A DNA stretch of 64,000 nt from Octopus vulgaris (GCA_951406725.2 OX597835.1:49972001-50036000), one strand, 5' to 3'; shown: positions 49,549-61,626, counted from the first letter of the stretch. Notes: generated from the letters alone by a model not told the origin. Numbers and translations: made by a program.

Positions 49549-51438
49549 TTAGATAACTTTTGGTCTCTGAGGCATACAAAGATTATAATGAGCATTCTTA
49601 TCCCAAAAGTTAGGTCCTTTCCAACCACACCAGCCCTTGTTTAGAATGTACTGAAGGTCTTCTTCCCCTGTATAGTGGGGATCAAGAATAAGAAATTTCA
49701 TATTTCCAGTCACTTCATTGTAATCAACTCCAATGATTGTGTGGGCAAGGACACCCCCACCTATCATAATTGGAGTTCCAACAGAATCAAAATGCATTGA
49801 AAGTTCTCTGCCATAATTTGACATTTCAGCACCTGAGGAGACGTTCATGATTCGACTTTGGACTCCAATCAGATGTTCTAAACAGAAACTCACTTCAAGA
49901 GAACCGATCCACTGACGGCTGCCAACAAACGGTGGCTGTTTATCGCCGATGTCTACAAGAGCTTGCTGAATTTGGCGATGAGTTGGGACTGGAACAGAAG
50001 TATAGCCTTGAAGTCGAAACCAAGATATCAGGGTTTGTAGAGATCTATATGCACAACCCCATTTATTGTCATCACAGTTATCTTGCATATAATGGTGATA
50101 GCTGTAGCGACCTTGCACAACGTGCTGTGTTGCACTTTTGGCTGCTGATAGCAAGCTAACATGAGGGTTAATTAAGTAACTGTTTCTTGGTGCAACATCT
50201 TCAGGAAAAATATAGGCATTAGTTTTTCGGAAACATGGCTTAGTAAGAGGCAGACAAAAAAGTTGATGAAGACACTTCCTTTGATATTCCAGTGTATTTT
50301 CCTCGACGTCTTCTGGATATGTGACAGAAACAATAAACGTCGACTGAGGTAGTTGGATATGATATGTTTGAGGTATGGAAAAAGTTGAACCTTGTCTGTT
50401 TTCGGTAATGCAAAGTTCAGCCGCAAGAATCTGGCGACACACGGCAGTGGCGAGAATTGAAGCCACTTTGCTTATTGGACAATTCAAAGAAACATAAGCT
50501 ATAGCATCTATCTTCAAAGGTACAGAAACTTGAAGAAATTCTCCCATTTCTTGATGGATGAGAGGAGCACAAGACGGTGTCCGTTTAGGATCTGTATTAC
50601 AAAATGTCGATGTGTACATACTAACAGAAATAGAACGATTTAAACTGCCTGCATTTTTCTTTTTCGATTTGGGCATGGTAATAAAATTCTCTTCATCTGT
50701 TTCGATGTATTTAACGATGTCTCTGCACATTTCGTTCGATTCATAACTTTTCCAGTATTGCTGTTCACAATCTTCGTCTTCCTCGACTTCGTTGTTGCTC
50801 ATCGAATCCGGCGACAGCAACAGTTTGCTGTCGTTTATATGAAACACAGTCGACGGGGAACCGACCACTTGACACAAGTGTTCCACTTCGGTTCTGATGA
50901 TTTTAATTAATTTATCCGACTTGGGATCGTACTTAAAACTCAAAGGCAACTGGGTTTTGAGCCTGAAACGAACGTGTTCGTCCTTCAGGTTCCCTTCTTC
51001 GGCAACAGCTGTCCACTCGCTCCTCGTCCGCTTCACGTCGCCCGCGATACACGAATACAAAAACATCGCAGAACTGTGCGGGTTAGTATCGTCATAATTT
51101 AACAGTAAAAAATACTTAACTTTCAGAAAATTCATCAAAACACTTATAACAGAGGAAAGAGGGTCGTTGCTGTCCTCCGAATCGTTTCCAGTCGCGGAGG
51201 AGGCGGTGGGAGCAGACGAAACACTGTACAGTCCGAGTGCAGTTAAGCCACCTGGCAGAAGTTGACACGTCTTCATGGCATCTTCTTGAACCCTTTCGCT
51301 CAATCTGGTACATTTCCAAACTTTTATGAAGTCTATGCTGTCCTCTCCGATGAGTAATCCGAGTCCGTCCTCCTTCTCCAGGCGTCGGATTGTCTCCAAC
51401 GCGGATCGCGAGACGAAAATATCTTTCACGGCGGCCAT
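49549..51438 (-). CDS. UFSP2: Ufm1-specific protease 2 (peptidase C78), single-exon 629 aa
   Basis: Uninterrupted ORF with YHHYMQD, WGCAYRSLQT (catalytic Cys), PIMIGGGVLAHTI and ILDPHY (Asp/His) motifs; AATAAA about 100 nt after the stop (tttatt near 49444). Confidence 0.97.
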   Translation of the reverse strand: MAAVKDIFVSRSALETIRRLEKEDGLGLLIGEDSIDFIKVWKCTRLSERVQEDAMKTCQLLPGGLTALGLYSVSSAPTASSATGNDSEDSNDPLSSVISVLMNFLKVKYFLLLNYDDTNPHSSAMFLYSCIAGDVKRTRSEWTAVAEEGNLKDEHVRFRLKTQLPLSFKYDPKSDKLIKIIRTEVEHLCQVVGSPSTVFHINDSKLLLSPDSMSNNEVEEDEDCEQQYWKSYESNEMCRDIVKYIETDEENFITMPKSKKKNAGSLNRSISVSMYTSTFCNTDPKRTPSCAPLIHQEMGEFLQVSVPLKIDAIAYVSLNCPISKVASILATAVCRQILAAELCITENRQGSTFSIPQTYHIQLPQSTFIVSVTYPEDVEENTLEYQRKCLHQLFCLPLTKPCFRKTNAYIFPEDVAPRNSYLINPHVSLLSAAKSATQHVVQGRYSYHHYMQDNCDDNKWGCAYRSLQTLISWFRLQGYTSVPVPTHRQIQQALVDIGDKQPPFVGSRQWIGSLEVSFCLEHLIGVQSRIMNVSSGAEMSNYGRELSMHFDSVGTPIMIGGGVLAHTIIGVDYNEVTGNMKFLILDPHYTGEEDLQYILNKGWCGWKGPNFWDKNAHYNLCMPQRPKVI

Positions 51439-51490
51439 TTTAGCGTCAACGTCAATACGGAGTGCTCTCCCTTGACACAGATAATTCCTG

Positions 51491-51500
51491 ATGACGTCAT
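51491..51500. promoter_or_regulatory. Palindromic CRE/ATF site ATGACGTCAT upstream of UFSP2
   Basis: Perfect 10-bp palindrome containing TGACGTCA, 53 bp upstream of the ATG; a YY1-like AAAATGGCCGC overlaps the start codon. Confidence 0.55.
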
Positions 51501-52348
51501 CTTTTTACTAAAAATATTTTCCTTCCTAAAAAAATTGTTCTACTTTATTAAAAGGTGAATTTGTAACAGGCTGCGCGTTTTGGGAGGAAGTATAAGTCAA
51601 TTATATGAACCTCAGTAGTTTGACTATTTATTTTACTAAGTGCTTAAGGGACGAACGGCAAAATAACAAAGTTGACCATGGTGGGCTTCGAGCTCAGAAT
51701 GTGACTGAATGCCTAAAATTCAGCTAATATTAAGAATTCTAGGAAACAAAGAAGGGTAAATTTACCAAAAAAAAAAGTGGTGGTGGTGGATCTTGTCATA
51801 CGATAATATCTGCTGAACATTTTCTCTTATTTTTCCAATTCCCTCACCAAAAATAATGATTTCTTTTACTAAAAATAGTGTCACAATTTTTCCATAATGA
51901 ACGAACACATGAGTGTAGCATGAATGAGATCCTGCGTTTTGCCACAAACAAATTTCAAATCACAGTTCCATTATGGGTTGATCATGTGTGAAACCGATAT
52001 CTGGTCAAATCAATGGTTGTTGTTCGTGTGATAGTTCTTTAGCTCATCTGGAACTTTCCATGAGCACAGCCTATAAATTCAGCCAATTTCGCAGTGTCAT
52101 AGACGTCCGAGCCTTTATGATGTTCTCCACTCTCATCAATTGCAGAGTATTCTGGATCAGGCTTAGAATTTCACACTCTCTATAGCTATTTTAACGGCTG
52201 CTTATTCAGCCAAGAATATCAAAGAAGAAATGACACAGCACCTGAATATTTTCTTAATATATATCAATACCAACCCAAGTGTTAAACTTTGAACAGACAA
52301 TTTTTTTGCATGTCCGATTACATCTCTTACACTTTACTGATTCTAGAT

Positions 52349-52736
52349 GTGGATGGAAGCACTCCGTCGGTTACGACAATGAGGGTTCCGGTTGATCCGA
52401 ATCAATGGAACAGCCTGCTCGTGAAATTAACGTGTAAGTGGCTGAGCACTCCAGACACGTGTACCCTTAACGTAGTTCTCGGGGATATTCAGCGTGACAC
52501 AGAGAGTGACAAGGCCGGCCCTTTGAAATACAGGTACAACAGAAACAGGAAGTAAGAGTGAGAGAAAGTTGTGGTGAAAGAGTACAGCAGGGATCACCAC
52601 CATCCCCTGCCGGAGCCTCGTGGAGCTTTAGGTGTTTTTGCTCAATAAACACTCACAACGCCCGGTCTGGGAATCGAAACCGCGATCCTATGACTGCGAG
52701 TCCGCTGCCCTAACCACTGGGCCATTGCACCTCCAC
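52349..52736 (-). mobile_element. tRNA-derived SINE related to family B
   Basis: Head GGTGCAATGGCCCAGTGGTTAGGG...GGTTTCGATTCCC; 3' half shared with 5567-5890. Confidence 0.85.
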
Positions 52737-53214
52737 TGATTCTAGATGTATTGACTGCAACACAAGAACATCTTTTCATACTAATACAGCACAATAAGCA
52801 AAAACGCTGGTTCTAAAATCTCTCTCACAGATCAACGCAGTAATTGTACTGACAAGTAATATTCATAGCCACTTTAACATGGCTGTCCGTTGGACTATAC
52901 TGCAATATTTTAACCCCAAGAAGGCATCTCCTCTAGCTGGTTAACAATGCACAGCTGCATCCAATAAAATTGCAAGCAGGCTGACGAACCCCTGTCATCT
53001 CCTAGCAACAGGACCGGTAGACCAGTCCTAATTTCGGGCTGTTTCTGCTACTCCCCAGTACTGGACACCTCGTCTGCTAGAGATATACTCTTTATTATGA
53101 TAATACTTATAGGACATAGAGAGGACAATACAGGACATTACAAATAAAAAGTGTTCATGGGTTCATAAATGAGTTTTGAAAACTCAATTATGAACCCATG
53201 ATGATGTATTTAAA

Positions 53215-54640
53215 TATAGATAATTTAAAAAATTTTAAACCTTGGCTGTAAAGTCCACTGGCTACACCGTACTACTTTACTATGGTTGAAATTAATTAGG
53301 GTCGTTCACCCCCAACAAGTTTCTCCATGACATGCGCCAACCTCTTAGCTAGTACTTTGGTCAAAATCTTTAACTGTATATTAAGTAGAGTTATGGGCCT
53401 AAAATTACTAATATGGTCCCCCTTGCTCAGGTCTTTTCTGATCAGCATCACTGACTCACAGAGCTGGGAATCCTCCCATTCTGCTGCCAGTTAGTGTAGA
53501 CACAGGCCAGCAAGTGTATGAACAAGTCTGACATGCTACAATAAAATTCATAGGGTAGACCATCCAGCCCCGGCGATTTGTCCCTGTCACAATCATGAAC
53601 GACTGAGTGAAATGCCGGTGAAAGCCTTTTGCATCTCCTCCTGCTCTTCCATCGAACGCCCATGTTCGTCTGTTAAAGACTTGATAGAGGCTTCTCTGCC
53701 TCTCCACACCACGTGCCCATCCGGCAACATTAATACCCTTTCTCTCCACTGAACGAAGTTTAGCTCTGACCCTACACCCTTTGTGTTTGGCTTTGAGATG
53801 TCAATACAAAACTGCTTTTGTCACCACCACTCTGGATGCAGAGCCGGACTCCATGGCCTCATCTAATTCCTTAGTTAAAGCCCCTTCTTATCTAGACTTA
53901 ACTATTTGCTAAATCTAATAGACTCAGAACGGATGGCTCGTTTGTGGGCACACCACCACCTATTATTAATAATGGCACCAGTTAATGCCCTCTACACTAA
54001 CTCCTTAACCCGGGTATGGAAGGTTTTACAAGTCAAAATAGACTTGTCAATCTTCCAGTACCCTGGTTCCTGTCTATGACACTTATCTAGGTACACCCTA
54101 CATGTCACAAACTTGTGATTCATGTAGGAGACACAATAAAAGTGTGGACAACTAAACGTACTCCTATCTCTATCCCTAATGAATATCCTGTCTAGTCTAT
54201 ATAAGATCTGAGTGAACCGTCGTTATTAGTCCACGGTGGAATGAGCAGTTCATCCAGTCTATAACAGTCGACTAGATTATAGCTTTCTAGTAGCCTTTTT
54301 GAGACTGGGCTTCCCCTTCTATTTGTTGAGCCAACACTATCCACCTGTGCGTAGAGAATAGTGTTAAAGTCTCCTAGTACAACTAGAGATTTTGATGCCA
54401 CTAAGTTCTTCAGCCAGCCTGTCTACCTCGTTTCAGTGCATAGACAGGTACCAATCTGAAGGATTGTTTACTTACATATGTTACACCCAAAATGACCAGG
54501 CTACTGGTTCTGAGTTCAGAAAGACTACACTTACCTGCACATCCAAGTTTTTCCTGAATAAGACCACCACACTCCCGCTGCCGCACCAACTACGAGAAAT
54601 AAATATCTCGTAGCCATTTAGAAGGGTCATGCCCTTCCAA
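53215..54640 (-). mobile_element. L1/Tx1-like LINE fragment (endonuclease + RT start)
   Basis: LVVLGDFNTIL...LVDCYR...SYID endonuclease motifs; KSPGLDGLPYEFY; RPITLLN..KILTKVLA.RL in 53340-53400. Confidence 0.8.
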
Positions 54641-55002
54641 TTGCTATAGATTCGTAATGCATCTTACGGCTGTACCTGTCACCTGGATGGTGAGGAATCC
54701 TACATTGGGAATGGTAACAATTAGGGTAGGGTAGCTGACTGCTTATTGTGATCATTCGTCTTTTGGTTTCCTGTAGCTTTGCTCTCTTTTACAAACCCAG
54801 TGAACATATATTTCCTATTTCAAAGAAATCCAAACAATAACTATAAGACCTAAGTTAAAAAGATTCTCAACAATTGAACTTCTCTAGTTTACAATTTTGT
54901 TTGGGTGTGTAAAGAGGGAAATAACCCTCATCTGCAATGTTGATGAAATTTGAAACATAGGTATTCCAGTTCATTACAGAAAAGTCTAATTCTTCAATTG
55001 CA

Positions 55003-55035
55003 TGTGACACGGGCAATGCCAGGTATCTCAGCTAG
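55003..55035 (+). mobile_element. Helitron 3' end remnant
   Basis: ACACGGGCAATGCCAGGTA...GCTAG|T followed by (TA)n; same layout as the end at 45040. Confidence 0.55.
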
Positions 55036-55042
55036 TATATTC

Positions 55043-55073
<31 letters not shown>

Positions 55074-55310
55074 TATATTTAAATATATACATATATATTT
55101 TTAAATATATATATATATACATATATATATTTAAATATATATATTTATATATATACATATACATATATATATTTAAATATATATACATATACATATATAT
55201 ATTTAAATATATATATATATACATATATATATTTAAATATATATATATATACATATATATATTTAAATATATATATATACATATATATATTTAAATATAT
55301 ATATATATAC

Positions 55311-55341
<31 letters not shown>

Positions 55342-55352
55342 CATATATTTAA

Positions 55353-55385
<33 letters not shown>

Positions 55386-55392
55386 TATATAT
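55036..55392. repeat. TA-rich minisatellite/microsatellite
   Basis: Repeating TTTAAATATATATATACATATATATA-type units. Confidence 0.9.
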
Positions 55393-55448
55393 TACGGAGA
55401 TGTACTTGCATAGCAAGTGACCTGATCTGAGATCATGTGCTGGAACGA

Positions 55449-55738
55449 AAACAATTGCAGCGTAGAAGGTGTTTATAAGCCATTTAAGAAACACAAAATC
55501 CGTTAGATTCACTTTAACATTTAAATTTAAATTGTCAAAATATTTTCGTCGCTTTGAGACCGCGACCTTTTCACTGACAAAACTCCGTGTTGCATCTCTT
55601 GAAGTTTTGTCAGTGAAGAAGTCGCGGCCTCAAAGTGACGAAAATATTTTGGCAAATTAAATTTAAATGTTAAAGTGAATCTAACGGATTCTGTGTTTCT
55701 TAAATGGCTTATAAACACCTTCCACGCTGCAATTGTTT
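55449..55738. repeat. Fold-back element, ~136-bp arms, ~18-nt spacer
   Basis: AAACAATTGCAGCG...ACAAAACT mirrored by AGTTTTGT...CGCTGCAATTGTTT; flanked by TA-rich microsatellites. Confidence 0.9.
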
Positions 55739-56951
55739 ATATATCTATCTATCTATATATATACATACACACACACACATATATATATATTTATATGTGT
55801 GTGTGTGTGTCTTTGTTTGTCCCTCACTGCCACTTGCCAACTGGAGTTAGTGTGTTTACAACTTCATAACTTAGCAGATCAGAAAAAGAGACTGATAGAA
55901 TAAGTACTAGGCTTAAAGAAACATAACTATTGGGGTTAATTTGTTCAACTAAAATTCTTCAAAGTGGTGCCCCAGCATGGCCAAAGTCTAATGACTGAAA
56001 TGAATGCAAGGAAAATGGTATTTAATTTTGTGTCTAATTCAGAGCATGTTGAATGTTGAGGGTGTTTAATTTTGGGTGTAATTAATTCTGAGGAAGGTTA
56101 ACTTGGGATGTGTTCAGTTCTGGGTAGGTTTAGGACGGAGACCACTGCAGGACAATAAAGAAACGGGATGCAACAGATCTGTTGAAATACGCTAATGAGT
56201 GACTTCATACTAATTAGTGACCTTTCTCTAGAAGCCAATTTAGGATGTACATGTGGGAGTGTGTGTGTGGTAGTGGTGGTGTCTGTTTGGTTATCTGTGC
56301 TTTGTAGAGCTTTATTAGCTGTTGGGTGGTGTGTGGGTGGGTGGAAGGATCAAAGTATTTTCTCGTTTCCAACAATAATGTCTATCTTTGTGATACAGTT
56401 TTTGTTTTGTTCCAGATGTCTATTTGCCAGGAGATCTCTCAGAAAACTATGATTCTTCTGTAAAGATGCTAAAAGTTGGCATAACCTCACTGGAATCTGA
56501 CATGTCAAGTCTTATGATGTCAACATTTGCAGAATGAGAATATTTGGTTGGTTATAAGCTGTGTTATGGCTGAGTATTGTAAATTGGTAGAATCATTAAA
56601 GCATCAGACAGAATGTCTTGTGGTATTCAGTTCCAGCTCTTTACGTTCTCAGTTCAAATCCTGCTATGGTTAAATCCACTTTTTCTCCTTCCAGGATCAA
56701 TTAAATAAAATACTAGCCAAGCATGGAGCCAATATAACTGGCTGTTCCTTCCTTCTAAATTTCTCGCTTCATACATTATTATTCTTTACGGTGAATTAGC
56801 AGAATTAATCATTAGAGTGTTTTGCAAAATTTCCTTTCTGTCCCAATTTCAACTTTGCTTTTCCAACTTTCAGAGTTGGAAAACAAAAGTATACTTATAC
56901 TAGTGTTCATAGAATTTTAACTTGTATTTTCTGAATCTTTCTGGGATTAAA

Positions 56952-57292
56952 GCTAAAGGGTAAAGGCTCCCTTCGGTCATGAATGACCATGGGATTGCAC
57001 CTAGAAAGTTACCCTCTGAAGTACAAGTCTGGACAAGGTTGTTTATGGAAGACCAGCAGTCACCCATGCATATCAGCTTTCCCGCTCCACGTGTTGATGT
57101 CACCCAAGGGAAAGGGAAGGGCGGATACATCTTGGCACCAGTGGCATTGCAACTCATTTCTACTGCTGTGTGAACTGGAACAACATAAAAATAAAGTGCC
57201 TGGCTCAAGAACACAACATACAGCCTGATCTAGGAATCGAACTCACCATCTCTTGATTGGAGCCTGATGCTTTAACCAATGGGCCATGCATC
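56952..57292 (-). mobile_element. tRNA-derived SINE, further family
   Basis: Minus-strand head GCATGGCCCATTGGTTAAAG...GAGTTCGATTCCTAG, followed by CTTGAGCCAGGCACTTTAT. Confidence 0.65.
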
Positions 57293-57827
57293 TTAAAACT
57301 GAAATCCAGTCCAGCACTGAGATTGAGGATATTGACTAATGCTTGAGTCTAAAAACTGTTTTAATTTTGTGTCTAAGAAAATATGAGGGTTGGCTGAAAA
57401 GTTCATAGGCTGACTGAGATACTCTCATAAATGTGATCAAAGGAGGTTTATTTTCCAACAGAGACCCCTTTGTGGTCCACACACATCTTCCTTCAATAAT
57501 CTGAATATGAATTCCTTAAAAGTACACTTTAGATTTCAGAATCAGAAATGAACTCAGGCAAGTTAGTGTCAAAAGAGCTTTTAACACACACACACACACA
57601 CTCTCTCTCTCTCTCTCTCTCTCAACAACAGCAACCTGTCGTTATAGTGAAAGTCTTTTTTTTCGTCTGAAGTTGTGTTGTGACTTAAACTTATAAGATT
57701 TAATAAAATGTCTTTGGCATTCTTCAGCTGGCAATGTTAGACCAAAAATAAACATGAAATTTTGACAGAATGTTTTAATTCAGATCCTTTGAAAATATGA
57801 TATTAAGTTTATATTCTGGAAATCAGA

Positions 57828-57895
57828 GGTGGTCTCATGCAGGGTGGTCTCATGCAGGGTGGTCTCATGCAGGGTGGTCTCATGCAGGGTGGTCT
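57828..57895. repeat. 15-bp tandem repeat x4.5
   Basis: (GGTGGTCTCATGCAG)n, perfect copies. Confidence 0.9.
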
Positions 57896-59543
57896 TAAAA
57901 GAATCTTTATTCCTTTAGCATTCAAATTATAATTCTTATTTATTAACATCGTTTTGAATTAATCAAGCATTATTGTGTACCTTCAAGATTTTGATGATGT
58001 AGTTGTATAGTTTTGGAATGACATTGTAGGATAAGCATGAAAGACCCAATCTGGATAGTTTGAACATAAAACAGGTAAAATATTTTAGCAGGATTTCGCC
58101 AGTTTAAATGTTAAACGTTTAAAAAATGGATACAGCTAGAAGTAGGAATAAAATTTCTCTGAAATCACATTGTTCTGCCTTCGCTCCTTCATATCTGCAC
58201 CCCAAAAGGGTAACCTGATGGATTGGCATAAAGTGACACAGACACACTTCAGCCTCTGGCCCTCTCTTTGTTTTTTCTACTACTACTACTACTACTACTA
58301 AAATGGCCTTTGCTCCTCGCATCAGGTTGAGCTGATGTCACCTCCACCAAGGCATTTGTCTCCTACAAATCTCTATGCTCACCATCACCCTTGCTGTGTC
58401 CAACCCTGACCAGTAGAAAATGCAAAGGGGACTTTGTTCACTCAACAAGTAAAAACAAAAAATATAAAAAACAACAAACTTGTTTATTGGTAATAAAGCT
58501 CATTCTAGCTTTAATTAATCCTTTTATACATGGACATGTACACATACATACTGACACATTTATTCATGCTGCGATAGAAACACATTGATACAGACAGGCT
58601 TTCTTCACATACCACACTTGGGGGGGGAGGAAAATAAACAAAAAAAATAACATAAAAAATTAAAATTTTGAAATATTTAAAAAGAAAAAAAAGGGTACAG
58701 TTCAACTTTTGAATCCTTTTTCTGTTTTTTTTTTAATCTTCTTTTGTTAAGTTGTAAGTTTTTTCTCTTCTCTCCCATCAACCTCCACATTAGAAATAAT
58801 GTCAGCATGTCTGAATTATCTTTGAAAGTTTTATTTGTAAATCATGGCAGTCAAGGTGAAATAATTCTTCTCTCTCTCATATGATTCATATAATGTCTAT
58901 ATGCATATGAACGTGTGTGTGTGTGTGTATACACATAATATATGTTTGTACACATACAGAAGTATACACCATTTAAGTCAGATGACTGTAAGCCCAGAAA
59001 AGTTGTTTAGCCAGAAAACTGAGGAAATTCATGAAGACCAGAGACTCAGAACTTCCCATTTCGGTTCTGATCAGTCATTTGAGTTTACATGCATTTAATA
59101 AAAAAATTGCATGTACATATGTGTGTGTATATATATATATATATACATACATACATATATACATACACACACACACATATATATCCATATAAGTATACAT
59201 ATATGTATATAAGTCTATATAAGTGTATACACACATACACATGTATAGATACAGGTATTTACATATATATATGCATATAGGTATATACATATATATTTAT
59301 GATATATACATCATAAATACATATCTAATTACATTATATATGGTTTCTTTTTATATACACATTATATATTACATATATTAACTATCATTTATAAAATTTG
59401 CATCATATATGTATATATTTGTCCAGACATCTTGTTATCAGCTGATACGAGGGTGGTGGGAGGGGAGATAAGATATGGATTATCAAAATCTTCCTAAAAA
59501 TTAGTCCGAAGTAGTTTTCATCCATCTTCTCGGCTGCCCAGAT

Positions 59544-59789
59544 TCAAAGAGACTCGTAATCTTCCCCCCCAGTGTACGCGGTTGGTCTTGGCGTCAACTC
59601 TTCTGTGACATTATCTTCTACAAGAAAAGCTTCCAGTTGTCCAAGTTCTTTCTGGTTTTCTTTGGATTTTTTGCTTTTCTTCTTCACTTTGCTGCTGCCG
59701 CTGCTGCTGCTGCTACTTTCCTTGCTTCCACTCAACTCTCGACCTTTTTCTTTTTTCTTTTTGGATTTTTTACTTGACTTTTCTTCATC
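59544..59789 (-). CDS. RABL6: RABL6 last coding exon
   Basis: TTTTATAG| acceptor; 246 nt ending in TGA; Lys-rich, then LEAFL...GGEDYESL, matching the recalled human RABL6 C-terminus ELEAFL...GGGDYEEL. Candidate polyA signal near 58483-58488. Confidence 0.85.
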   Translation of the reverse strand, partial: DEEKSSKKSKKKKEKGRELSGSKESSSSSSGSSKVKKKSKKSKENQKELGQLEAFLVEDNVTEELTPRPTAYTGGEDYESL

Positions 59790-61100
59790 CTATAAAATTT
59801 TACCAAAAAGAAAGAAAAAAAAAAGAAAAAATTAATCCTCATCCCTTAATATACACTTTTCCATCCTTACATGGGTTGGACGAAATTTGCTTCATCAGGT
59901 TTGCCATGGTTGAATGCCCTTCCAAATCACCAAACCTCACCTGTTTCCAAGCAAGGTCATATTTCCTCATAGTCAAACATGCTTTCCTATGGAAGACTGG
60001 AAACATAGGACACTGCTTGTATGACGGTGATGCTCCTTTACAGCCTTCACCTGACATCAAGACAAGGCAACACACACAAACAAAACACATATACACATGC
60101 ATGTGTGCGTCCTCTGACACACACACACACATAACAGGACAAGTTTCTTTCAGATTTTATCTACCAAATCCACTGACAAGGCCTTGATTGGCCCAAGGCT
60201 ATAAGGAGGAGACACTTGCCCCAGCATTGCCATAGTTTAATGGCTGAAACAAGTAAGAAATACGCATTGGTTCCACTTGATGTTATTATTATTAGTTAGC
60301 TAATTAACCAATCAATTACTTGTTGAATCAACATCAATCAATCAACCAACGAGCTGGTTTGTCAGAGTCCTTTTCTCACCATTCTCCACTCTGACTCACA
60401 TCATTCAAAACCTCATCAACGACATCCCTTTCAGTCTCCCGAGTCTGTCCACGCACTTCAGAATTTCCTTTTTTAATGACCTTAAATGATGAACAGTTAT
60501 TCTTTCTTTCTTTCTTATAATCATCAACATTATTTATAGTCTGTTTTCCATGCTGGCATGGGTTGGACAGTTAGGCAAGAGCTGGCAGGCTGGAGAGCTG
60601 TACCAGGCTTCAATTGCCTATTTTGGCATGGTTTCTATGGCTGGATGTCCATTCCTAATGCCAACCACTCCACAGAACATACAGTGTGCTTTTCACCTAG
60701 CACTGGTACAGGTGATTTATAGGTGGCACCACCACAGATGCTTTACCTGTGTTTGAAAAGATCTCCAACATGTTTCTCATGGCTGAGTAGATACAATAAG
60801 AAGTTTTATGTCCAGAAACAACAAAACATCAACAGTGAATCTGAACTCACAAACCCTGAGCTGGTAGCTGTGACCTGACTCCAAATCCACTTAACCAGTC
60901 TCCCTACAATTAATTCTGATAACATTGCAAATGCAAAAAAGGAAAGAAGGAAAAACAGTTTACAAAATGCAGGTGAACGCTGATTGACCAGTGAAACAAA
61001 GGCCAGGTGAATGCTGATTGACCAGTGAAGCAAAGGCCAGGATTTTGTTTAAAATAAAACAAAAATCAATGAAAAAATTATATAAGCAAAGGATACATAC

Positions 61101-61195
61101 TTTGTCTTTATCCTTTTTCTTCTTCTTTTTTTTCTTCTCACTCGTTACAGAGTCGTGGTCTGTATCTCCAGGTGTCCAAATGGAAGAATCGGCAT
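61101..61195 (-). CDS. RABL6: RABL6 penultimate coding exon (poly-Lys)
   Basis: CTCCAG| acceptor, AAA|GTATGT donor; 95 nt, phase 1 to 0; ADSSIWTPGDTDHDSVTSEKKKKKKKKDKDK. Confidence 0.8.
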
Positions 61196-61312
61196 CTGGA
61201 GTGGAAGCAGATGTATGAAGTGGTTTTAGAAAAAGAAAAACAAACATGAGAGGAAGAGAAAGGGGAAAATGTCATCTTATTGTTGGTCAGAAGATGGAAA
61301 CATTTTCTGTGC

Positions 61313-61383
<71 letters not shown>

Positions 61384-61479
61384 AAGCAACTATTTCAGAA
61401 AATTATTTTATTAAACCTAATTTATTCGAATAAGGGGAGGCAACCCGCTGACTACTACAAGGAAGACATCGGGCTGCTT

Positions 61480-61626
61480 AATAATAATAACAACAATAAT
61501 GATAATAATAATAATAATAACAATAACAATAATAATGATAATAATAATAATGATAATGATAACGATAACAACAACAACAATAATAATAATAATAATAATA
61601 ACGTTGATAATAATAATAATAATAAT
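61480..61626. repeat. (AAT/AAC/GAT)n microsatellite, adjacent to (GA)n at 61317-61380
   Basis: Read directly from the sequence. Confidence 0.95.

Noticed and set aside
52660-52736. tRNA-like sequences with A and B boxes (also 5820-5890, 39112-39180)
   Set aside because: They continue into shared SINE bodies and lack a full cloverleaf; they are SINE heads, not tRNA genes.
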